Positions 53,652-64,000 of a DNA stretch of 64,000 nt are shown one piece after another (position 1 is the first letter of the stretch; the number at the start of each line of letters is the position of its first letter). The stretch is from Octopus sinensis. Lineage: Eukaryota. The stretch spans positions 5,332,001-5,396,000 of the forward strand of contig NC_043007.1 in assembly GCF_006345805.1 (NCBI RefSeq). The letters run 5' to 3'. The position numbers and the translations under genes were made by a program. Below the pieces are notes generated by a model. That model did no database searches. It saw nothing but the letters and a program-made list of their open reading frames with translations, and was not told where the DNA came from.

Positions 53652-54167
53652 AGTCTGAAGAAGAACCAAAAATATTTCGTATGAACTGAAGTTTGAAGAT
53701 CAAGGGATGCTGATTAGTAAAAAGAAACTGATATCTGATGTTTAACGACTAATTTAGAGAAAAAGAAAAGAAACGAAAATAGTTTTCAAAATTTTCTGTT
53801 ATTTCATTTGCAGTTTCAATAATTTTATTGAAAATATTTTATGTTAAATATTTTGTGTCATTCTCACATGGTATACTACCAATCCCTACAGTATATATAT
53901 ATATACATTTGTTTTCTCTCCTTGTTTTTCCTCTGTGTCCCTTTCTGTAGAAGAGCATAGGCTCGAAACATAAAAGACTTTTTCTATTCCTGAGCGTTAT
54001 ACTATTACATCTGTTTGTTTTGTACACCACCTGTCTTCATCCTTTGTTTTTTTCGTAAACTCTCCCTATATATATATATGTATATATGTATGTATATGTT
54101 AAATAAAATGAGACAACAAACCGAAGGCTGTGTGGAATTTCTGGGACATTTATTAAAAAAAAGATAG

Positions 54168-54213
54168 TCTTACAGTTGTTTCTGGGATATTAGGGATATC
54201 GCTTCATCAGAGA
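54168..54213 (-). ncRNA. Degenerate hammerhead motif
   Basis: Reverse complement: tct CTGATGA agcgatat-ccctaa-tatccca GAAA caact GTA aga. Confidence 0.45.
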
Positions 54214-54799
54214 TGATATGAGTTAACTAAAGGGAAATAATGTTACCTGCCATCTTGGGTCTTCTGGATGCCAATACCTCTCATTTTATATATATATATA
54301 TATAAGTTCAGCAAAATTTAGATTCAGATGAATCTGGTACTTAAGTTAAAGGCACCAGAATTTTGTATGGTATTATCCATATAAATCAAATGGAGTGATT
54401 ATACTCAAAATAAGCAACAAGGATATCCAAGATAGAGTAGTACAATTGTTTCATGCTACTTCATGTGTGTCTGCATGTGTATATGTATATGTGTATGCAC
54501 GTATGTGTATGTGTGTATGTAAGTATGCGTGTGTGTATGTATGTGTGTGTGTAAGTATGTGTGTATGTACATGCCATTTGGATAGACGTGTGCTTCTATA
54601 TCTCTAATTTTGCTTCACTGTTCTTTCCTCTTTGTCTCCATTGCATCTTTCAGAAGAAAAGTCTATACTCAAGACGTTCAAGGTATTTCCTTCCATGTTT
54701 TGCTAATTTCTTGAGTGTCAAACTAATAACAGCTCTCTGCTGAGTTTCTACCTCATCTTTGTCGTGTTAGTTGTTATCTTCATCAACTTTATAAACATA

Positions 54800-54803
54800 C
54801 TTG

Positions 54804-54835
<32 letters not shown>

Positions 54836-56455
54836 CATATATATATATATATACATATATATACATTTATATATAAATGAAACAAAATATAGATAGACCT
54901 CATCCTGATTCAGGAATTCGAAATATAATAAAGAAATCCAATCTCGTTCCAAGCAATAAAAAACCTTTGGCTATTGGTCAAGGATGGCTTCAATTTGCAG
55001 AGTAGACAAATTCTTCATCACAACGATATAAATTCGTTAAAACAAGCAAATCCTGTTAGTTTGAATGGATGTTTCTTAATGAAAAACATCTCATTTTTTT
55101 TTTTAATTATGTAACTTTCAAAGAAGTCGTATCCTGTGTCTCTTAGTTTCGGCTGACTTTGACTCAGCCTTCCTTCTTCAGAGATTGATAAAATAAAGTA
55201 CCAGTCTAGTATTGGGGGGCCAACTGCTCACCTGTTCGTTGTTCTATGCAAGAAATCCATGTTTTCTCAGGGGATGTCTTGTCATTTCCAATGATTGTAT
55301 TTTGGTGTTTTCATCACATTCAACAGTCTCTGTTTGTTTGATGTCAATTACCATCCTGGCTTAATTTTGTTATTATCATTGACATATAAATACCTGTAAT
55401 ACACTGGGCTAGATTGATTAAATCCTTTTTATCCCTTACTCCTTTGAAAAGTGGGTTTTGTGTTTCAATAAATGCAATTTGTTTCTGAATAAAATCTATT
55501 TATAACAACATTTGTTAAAATATTATCATTTACACACATAAATACTCACACATTCATACACTGACATACACACGCACATGCATCAGCACACAAGGATACT
55601 AAAACACACACACATATTTATACACACACACACCACACACACACACATATATATATATACATATATATATACATTTATATATACATTTATATATACATTT
55701 ATATATAAATGAAACAAAATATAGATAGACCTCATCCTGATTCAGGAATTCGAAATATAATAAAGAAATCCAATCTCGTTCCAAGCAATAAAAAACATTT
55801 GGCTATTGGTCAAGGATGGCATCAATTTGCAGAGTAGACAAATTCTTCATCACAACGATATAAATTTCGTTAAAACCAAGCAAAATCCTGTTAGTTTGAA
55901 TGGATGTTTCTTAATGAAAAACATCTCAGTTTTTTTTTTTAATTATGTAACTTTCAAAGAAGCCGTATCCTGTGTCTCTTAGTTTCGGCTGACTTTGACT
56001 CAGCCTTTCCTTCTTCAGAGATTGATAAAATAAAGAACCGTCTAGTATTGGGGGGCCAACTGCTCACCTGTTCGTTGTTTCTATGCAAGAAATCCATGTT
56101 TTCTCAGGGGATGTCTTGTCATTTCCAATGATTGTATTTTGGTGTTTTCATCACATTCAACAGTTTCTGTTTGTTTGATGTCAATTACCATCCTGGCTTA
56201 ATTTTGTTATTATCATTGACATATAAATACCTGTAATACACTGGGCTAGATTGATTAAATCCTTTTTATCCCTTACTCCTTTGAAAAGTGGGTTTTGTGT
56301 TTCAATAAATGCAATTTGTTTCTGAATAAAATCTATTTATAACAACATTTGTTAAAATATTATCATTTACACACATAAATACTCACACATTCATACACTG
56401 ACATACACACGCACATGCATCAGCACACAAGGATACTAAAACACACACACATATT

Positions 56456-56490
<35 letters not shown>
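54800..56490. repeat. Tandem duplication, ~835-bp unit x2
   Basis: Offset 832 at the start and 837 at the end; junctions fall in (CA)/(TA) tracts. Confidence 0.93.
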
Positions 56491-56500
<10 letters not shown>

Positions 56501-56503
56501 GTA

Positions 56504-56755
56504 TTTTTTTACTATAGATAAATCAAAGAATGGAGTCGAACGACGATTTAACAAAATTCCTTTATTCTCGACATATGTTTCGGAGACTGCATATTCTTAA
56601 TTCCGAAGGAATAAAGGGTGCATTATGCCGTCTTCTCATCATGAAAGACAAGGAACTTATGTCAGCATCATGACGAACAAAAACTTTTAGATGACTGCCC
56701 ACACGGAGTCCATAGTCGTTCGACTCCATTCTTTCATTTATCTATAGTAAAAAAA
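56504..56755. mobile_element. Element with ~40-bp terminal inverted repeats enclosing a hammerhead motif
   Basis: tttttttactatagataaatcaaagaatggagtcgaacgac at the left; one mismatch to the reverse complement of the right end. Confidence 0.65.
56566..56646 (-). ncRNA. Hammerhead motif with C3>A change
   Basis: Reverse complement: tttc aTGATGA gaagac...gtctcc GAAA catat GTC gaga; palindrome ACATATGT. Confidence 0.5.
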
Positions 56756-56994
56756 CACACAAATTTCCACACGAAAGCACTTGATTTCTGCCCTTGGCAT
56801 GTAGCTTCAACCGTGCTTTCTGAAGTAAATTTGCTACCCGGGTATCGGTTAACCGAATTATCCATTCTAGGATAATTCATTCAACTACTTAAACATATAT
56901 ATATATATATGTATATATATATATCATCATCATCTTTTTACGTCCGCTTTCCAGGCTATATATATATATATATATATATATATGTCAGTACTCA

Positions 56995-57762
56995 TACTCG
57001 GCAGAGTGTAAGTACCTTGAGAGAAAAGCTGGACCTAAGAAGCATCAGTTGTGGTGTGCAAGAGAGACGTTTGCGCTGGTATGGTCATGTGGCGAGAATG
57101 GATGAAGATAGTTGTGTGAAAACGTGCCACACCCTAGCGGTTGAGGGAACCTGCGGAAGAGGCAGACCCAGGAAAACCTGGGACAAGGTGGTGAAGCACG
57201 ACCTTCGAACTTTAGGTCTCACTGAGGAAATGACTAGAGACCGAGACCTCTGAAAGTGTGCTGTGCGCGAGAAGACCCGGCAGGACAAGTGAGTCCATAA
57301 CCCGTGGCCTTCTACATGGGATGGAGCCAGCCTACGTATGCATACCTTCCCTTCTTGGGACACAAAACTCTACTTGTGAAGACCTGTTGAGGCAAGTGAA
57401 GATCAGAATCGAAATCGATCAATGGAAATTGCAGATGTGTTACCAGTGCCGGTGGCATGTAAGAGAACCTTCCGTTTCGCGACCATTGCCAGCGCCGCCC
57501 CGACTGACCTTGTGCCGGTGGCACGTAAAAAGCACCATCCGTTCGTGGCCGTTTGCCAGCTCTGTCTGGCACCTGTGCGGGTGGCACATAAAAAGCACCC
57601 ACTACACTCACGGAGTGGTTGGCGTTAGGAAGGGCATCCAGCCGTAGAAACACTGCCAGATTTGACTGGGCCTGATGAAGCCTTCTGGCTTCACAGACCC
57701 CAGTAGAACCGTCCAACCCATGCTAGCATGGAAAACGGACGCTAAACGATGATGATGATGAT
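56995..57762 (+). mobile_element. RTE-clade LINE 3' end with repeat-rich 3' UTR and (GAT)n tail
   Basis: RRLRWYGHVARM...GRGRPRKTW...TRDRDL, then tgccggtggcac repeats and aacgatgatgatg. Confidence 0.85.
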
Positions 57763-58023
57763 ATGTAGTGCCGGTGGCATGTAAAAAACATCAACCATTC
57801 GTGGCCGTTGCCAGCCTTCCCTGGCACCTGTGCCGGTGGCACATAAAAAGCACCCACAACACTCATGGGGTGGTTGGCATTAAGAAGGGCATCCAGCAGT
57901 AGAAACACTGCCAGATCAGACTTAAGCCTGGTGCAGCCTCCTGGTTTCCCAGACCCCGGTCGAACTGGCCAACCCATGCCAGCATAGAAAATGGACGTTA
58001 AACGATGATGATGATGATGATGA

Positions 58024-58062
<39 letters not shown>

Positions 58063-59055
58063 AATACCTGCTTAGATTTTGTTGCCAGGGGAGGCTGGCA
58101 ACGGCCACGATCGGTTGGTGCTTTGTACGTACCAACAGATCGTGGCCGTTGCCAGCCTCCCCTGGCACCTGTGCCCAGTGGCACTTACATTGCTTTCAAG
58201 AACTTTTATAAATTTAATAGCCAGAGCTAAAAGAATATGGCAGTAACTCAAAATTATGAATTCTGATCATGAATTTATTTTATCAGTTCTACCCTCTTTT
58301 TACTAACTTAATAGCAAAGAATATAACAATTATTCAGAATGGTTCTCTGGAAGTTTAAATTCTAATAATCAATTATTTTACCAATTCTACACTGGTTTCT
58401 AATTCTTTTATTAATTCAATAGCAATGTTTCTTTACTACTAAATAACACAATTCTTTCACTAACCTAACAGCCAGGAATATAACTGTAATCAGGAATGGT
58501 AGTTTGGAGTTTTAAATTCTAATCATCAATTTTATTACCAATTTTTACCATAGTTCTTAGTTCTTTTAATAACTCCACTAACAACACATGTCAAAGAATA
58601 TAGTAGTCATTCAGAATGGTATTTTGGTATTTAGAATCCTAATTATCAAATTTTTTTACCAATTGATAAATACATTTGAAAGAACAAGATATTTACAATA
58701 AAATTTTTAATGAGTATTATCAAATCTCATTGCCATAGAAACAATACTGATAGTTTTGTCTGAAAACTCAGTCATGTTCTGGTCTAACAAGGGTGTATAG
58801 TTTCTTATTTTTTAAAAACATTAATACATTCTGGTTATTGATTATAAAGCAAATGTTCGTCATATCAAAATTTTTACTTCATAAGAAAAAACAAAATGGA
58901 AAAACAAAACAAACAAAATCTGCTAAAAAACATTTTTATCCTCAATTGTTATTTTAATGACATTGTTATGGAAATATTTATAACAAGAGAGAAGAATATT
59001 TTAATTAATGAATTCCTAAATTAAACATTTAAATCAATAAATCTTTCAGTATTGA

Positions 59056-62000
59056 TGTTTTATGTTCAGAATTAAAAATAAAAATTGTCATCTGTTCCAG
59101 TTCCTAAGAATATTTAATATTCTGCTTTATTTCCAGACAATTCTGCACATCATGATACAATATTTAATGAAAAAGCTACATGCACGTTTTTTTTTTTTTT
59201 AATATTCCAGTCAGAAGCCATTTTTATGACATGCTAAAAACAGCAGTGAAGCCTCCCTCATATCACACCTTAATGTTTTAAACCAACTGTTGAACATTGT
59301 TGTCCCTTGTATAGAAAAGGACAAGCTGTTTATGCTTATGATCACTTTAATTATCAGTTTGCTTGATTAAGGCTTAACGAATGTTAATTAACAACAGTAA
59401 CATCAAGACAGGAGGTCAGAGTTGGAATAGTTTTGACCATAGGTATGTCTATTTGGCCCTGGTTTACCTGAGGTCAAGCAATAACAAAACAGGATGGCCA
59501 TAACTGGAATGCCTTTGATCATGGGTTTATCTGTTCAAACAATGTTGACCCCAAGGTTAAAGATCAAGAGATTACGGTCATGAATGGAACATGTTTGTTC
59601 ATAGGTTTGACTGTTCCAACTGTATTAGCCCCTTGGCTAAACAACAATAGTATGGCAGGATGGCCATGGCTGGAGCACCATTGATCATAGGTCTGTTTGC
59701 TTTCTCATGGATGACCCAGAATTAAAGAACAACAACAACAATAACAGCAAAACAAGACAGGATTGGCAAATTTGGAACATCTTTGAATTTAGGTCTGTCT
59801 GCAAGAACAGTGTTGACCCAGGAATAAACAACAGAGAGAGGGGATGGTCACGGCTGGAACATCTTTAAAAAGTGGACATTAAAATGAATCGGATGATGAT
59901 GATGGTGATGATGATGAACCAGCATCCACTTATTGACAACTGATTCAAAGAAAAAAGAGAAATAAAAGAGTCTCACTGATAAATGGACCAACACAGACAA
60001 ACAGACAGACAGACATACAGTGAAGACTGATTAAAATATGAACTTCCAAATTAAAAACAGAAATCCCATTAACTACGATGGTTTCTCATCTTAATTATGT
60101 TTTCAAAAAAAAGTTATTTACAATAATTAACGGTAATTTAGACCAATAATTATATACAAATCTAAAATTTGATTGCTGTCAGTTGTCTTCCAGAAATACA
60201 AATTTTAGTGATTGTTAATTATTAACAATTAATTCCATCTCTGAAGACTGTGCCTTTGGATTCATACATATAACATTCCTGGCAATAAATTTCAGAATAT
60301 GTTCCAAAATTTTCTTTAAATACGGAAAGTAAAACTTCTTTTTTCTTTTTGATTTTGTATTTAGTTTGCATGATTCTTGTTATTCTGTACTGGTTTTATT
60401 GTCAGTTGGGAGGGTCATAATGCCAATAAGAGACACATGCACTGGTTCTATTTTACTTCTTTAATTGTATCCCCTTCAGTTGGTGAGCCAGTAGAATCAT
60501 TAGAGCATCAGAAAAAATTACCTTGTGGCATTTCTTCTGACGCTTTATATTTTGAGTTCACATCCTGTCTGCCAAAGTCAATTTTGCCTTTCAAAACTTT
60601 GGGGTGGATAAATCAAAGTATCAATCAAGTACTGGGGTAGATGGTGTTCACTGAATCTCTGCCCCACAAAATTGTGGGCCTTGTGTCAAAACTAAGAAGG
60701 ATTATTATTAGTCAACTAGTTAACCAGTGAACCAATTAACTGAGTGCTTAATTAATCATTCAGACAATCAATCAATCAGCTTTCACAACCTCATCAAGGA
60801 CATGTCCTTATTATTCTAGGTCCATTTCTCTTCTCTAGAATCCAAAGAATACAAGACACCATGCATGAGTTTCCAACAACATGAAATTCTTGCATATTTC
60901 TTGAAAAGATGGAATACCATATTTTCATTTGAAGAATGAAAATAAATAACAAGATGTATTCTGTTAATTCCTTTTATATTCTTTATTTGATTCTACGGTG
61001 CCGGTTTTTGTAGCAGGTATTCTTGCTGGTAGCTCTTGTTGTTGTTGTTGGTGGATAAACCAATGTTGCAAAGGTTACGAACCAAACAAATGTTTCTTGT
61101 CGTAACTGGTTCTGTTCTTTGTGTCTGATTCCAGTTTTAAAGACTGGATGGAATTTGGTGATTTGGAGATTTGGACAATATTGAAGCTTCCTTGTTGATT
61201 CCTGTAATAGCTGTTGTTGTTTAGCCCTCGGCCAGTCTTCATTAAGCAGGCCTTTGTTTGATCAAAAGAATTCCAGCCTTGGATCATAAATCTTTTCAAA
61301 TGTTCTCTTCAGAATATCTACGACTGCATTATCAAAGACAGTGGTTGTAATTTGAAGGAGATATTTGGCTGCTATTTCAAGCAGGTCAAAACATCATATT
61401 GTTGTTGCTCTTGTTGATGTCCATGTGTTTAATAGATCTACTTTGAAATATCTCTTTAATATTGTAAAAAGTCAATCTGCTGGTCATGAGTGTCACAAAG
61501 GCTCTGCATACCAAATTCTGTCTGTCTGCCTGCCTGTCTCTTTGTCTGTCTGTGTGTCTGTCCATCTGTCTGTATGTCTATTGTACAATTTTGTAGCTTG
61601 AGGTGCAATGTTTTATGTTCAGAATTAAAAATAAAAATTGTCATCTGTTCCAGTTCCTAAGAATATTTAATATTCTGCTTTATTTCCAGACAATTCTGCA
61701 CATCATGATACAATATTTAACAAAAAAGCTACATGCACGTTTTTTTAATTTTTTATTTGAAATATTCCAGTCAGAAGCCATTTTTATGACATGCTAAAAA
61801 CAGCAGTGAAGTCTCCCTCATATCACACCTTAATGTTTTAAACTAACTGTTGAACATTGTTGTCCCTTGTATAGAAAAAGACAAGCTGTTTTATGCTTGT
61901 TATCACTTTAATTATCAGTTTGCTTGATTAAGGCTTAACGAATGTTAATTAAGAACAGTAACATCAAGAGAGGAGGTCAGAGTTGGAATAGTTTTGACCA

Positions 62001-62069
62001 TAGGTATGTCTATTTGGCCTTGGTTTACCTGAGGTTAAGCAATAACAAGACAGGATGGCCATAGCTGGA
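59056..62069. repeat. ~455-bp direct repeat pair (59056-59509 and 61608-62069)
   Basis: Near-identical atgttttatgttcagaattaaaaa...caggatggccata. Confidence 0.9.
59409..59870. repeat. Degenerate ~80-100-bp tandem repeat, about 6 units (aggatggccatggctggaac...)
   Basis: Recurring ggatggcca/ggctggaa/ttgatcataggt/gaccc motifs. Confidence 0.6.
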
Positions 62070-63351
62070 AGTGCAATGTGGCACATTCTACAAGTCCACA
62101 CGCATTACAAAGAAGTTTATTGACAGTTATTTTTTTTTCAAAAAATTTTCTTTTCAATAATTCTAAAGATTTTTGTAGTAATTATAGCAGAAGTGGGTAA
62201 TATGGATTCCACTCCATCAACAAAACATATCAGGAAATACAAGACTATCTTACTGTATTTATATAATGGTTCTCAAAGTTTTTACTTCTAGATACTGATG
62301 GCTCTGTGTAATTAAAGAGAAAAACTAATTGAAACATTATTAAAATAATGTTAATATGAAGAGAAGACTATCAACAGAGAAAGAAGGTTATCAATATACA
62401 GAGAAATAATTAATTTCAGAAAAAAGTTTAGAAATATATTTATATTAAGAATCTTGTTTTAGTAGCAGCCTCCTTTCTATTTTAATAGTGCTTGCTATAT
62501 ATAAACAGATTTTTAAAATATATATTAGCATTTATCTCTCTTTACTAAAAGTCTTTTGTGTGTCAATATTTAGAGCAGAGTGTCACTAACAGAATAGACT
62601 TCTAATAGAGAGGGAAGAATGCTGCTACATAGCAAAGACAATCAACATAAAGAGGTGTGTGGTGATACATAGAAAAGACTGTTAATAGGCAGACATACAA
62701 CCATTAATTTGGAATAGATTGTTAATGTAGAACAGGCTGTTAATGTAAAGAGAAGGCAGTGCACTGGTGGAATCGTTAGCATGCCAGATAAAAATGCTCC
62801 AAATTTTGCCAAGGTTGACTTATCCTTTCATCCTTTCAGGATCTATAGAATAAGTACCAGTTGTGTACTGGGGTTGATGTAACCGACTTACTCCCTCCCC
62901 CACCCAAATTGCTGGCGTTGTGTCAAAATTTGAAACCATGATATAGAGAAGGCTGTCAGCATAGAGAGAAGACTTAATATATACAGAAAAGTGTTTATGT
63001 CCCTACAGCACTTCTAATAAATAGACGATGCTGTTAATAGAGAGAAAATCCTATTAACATAGATAAAAGGCTATTCATTTGAAGAAAATAGCTTTATAAT
63101 ATGTATTATTGATATGTATATAACAAGAAGGCATAATATACAGTAAAAGCTGTCAATGTAGAAAGAACGTTAAGATAAGTGTGTGTGTGTATAGTGTGTT
63201 TATATATATATATAAGTTCAGCAAAATTCTATAAGTGGCTGAAGATTGCTCGACATTTTAAAACTGATGTAATACTTACAGTGTTTAATAAAATGAAGTA
63301 GCATAAAACAATTGTACTACACAACCTTGGATATACTTGTTGCTTATTTTG

Positions 63352-63393
<42 letters not shown>

Positions 63394-63480
63394 ATATATA
63401 TCTACATATATAGAAAAAGAGTAGTTAAAAAAATTGGATTGCATAAATAACATATAGTTATGCAAAAATCTTTTAAAAAA

Positions 63481-64000
63481 TCATTTCCTTGAAGCATCTG
63501 ATAAATGATTTTCTGTGAATATTGGCTGAGATGTTCTTCTTGAATTAACGAAAGATGATTGCACTGTGAAACTAGAATGTTCCGTAAAAGTGATAAAGTT
63601 TCTTGCTTTCATACATCTAAAAGTCTTAAGCATTTCTTTTCTGAAGTCTGAAATAACTGCAAAGTATATGATATCTGAAGAATACTTACAGTACATGACC
63701 ATTGTGCTAATTGCATAAAGTAATGAGAAAGTACAGGTGTTTGTGGAATTGTTTACCTTGTCCCATGGCTCATAAATCAGAAAGACCAAGCTCATGGGAG
63801 CCTGAGAAGCAATAAAAGCTGTGTTAGTGTAAAAGACCAATTTTAAATTTTGCATTGCTCGCATTTTGCGAGTGTTAATGGTCGCTGGTTGTGTTGAGTT
63901 ATTGAAAAGTTCCTTGTTGGCATAGTGTTGCCTTAGTTTGAGAACAATTAGAATATTACAAGTGAAAAGAAAAAGAGTTGGAATGTAACTTAGAAAAAAT
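63481..64000 (-). CDS. Rhodopsin-class (family A) GPCR, TM5-TM7 and C-tail; FMRFamide-receptor-like/lophotrochozoan expanded type; runs off the window
   Basis: ORF 63481..63864 stays open to the window edge: FFLSYIPTLFLFTCNILIVLKLRQ (TM5), LVFYTNTAFIASQAPMSLVFLIY (TM6), LLYAISTMVMYCKYSSDIIYFAVISDFRKEM (TM7 and helix-8 FR). Confidence 0.8.
   Translation of the reverse strand, partial: FFLSYIPTLFLFTCNILIVLKLRQHYANKELFNNSTQPATINTRKMRAMQNLKLVFYTNTAFIASQAPMSLVFLIYEPWDKVNNSTNTCTFSLLYAISTMVMYCKYSSDIIYFAVISDFRKEMLKTFRCMKARNFITFTEHSSFTVQSSFVNSRRTSQPIFTENHLSDASRK

Noticed and set aside
55131-55190. Minus-strand CTGAAGA...ggctga/tcagcc GAAA hammerhead-like motif (also in the duplicate near 55980)
   Set aside because: Extra 5 nt after the core, no GUH or stem III, and the sequence derives from the SINE core
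57672-57695. CTGATGA agcc/ttct/ggct
   Set aside because: Not followed by GAAA; a variant of the RTE UTR sequence
58215-58670. Degenerate AT-rich ~100-160-bp repeats
   Set aside because: Too decayed to define a unit; no coding or structural signal

Overview
AT-rich, repeat-dense eukaryotic genomic DNA. The SINE/LINE repertoire looks like a coleoid cephalopod, most likely Octopus (inference). Genes: two tandem + strand pancreatic-lipase-family genes that I reconstructed exon by exon. Lipase 1 is 5'-truncated by the window edge and has 6 exons (399-15119). Lipase 2 is complete, with 9 coding exons (27881-53651, 486 aa). Both have an intact Ser/Asp/His triad, a 29-residue lid and a PLAT domain. 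The 3' half (TM5-TM7 and tail) of a rhodopsin-class GPCR, uninterrupted within the window, is on the - strand at the right edge. The rest is CR1-like, RTE, R4/Dong-like and Penelope-like retroelement relics, tRNA-derived SINEs, Helitron, Tc1/mariner and MITE elements, microsatellites and a ~1.9 kb 37-bp minisatellite. The most interesting signal is invisible to the ORF track: about a dozen type I hammerhead-ribozyme motifs (CUGANGA-stem II-GAAA-palindromic stem III-GUH). Four have intact cores in sense orientation inside lipase introns. One sits in a 160-bp inverted repeat facing its own antisense copy, and a separate hairpin turns round at a ribozyme cleavage site. No CRISPR, rRNA or genuine tRNA was found. 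Repeat boundaries are approximate.
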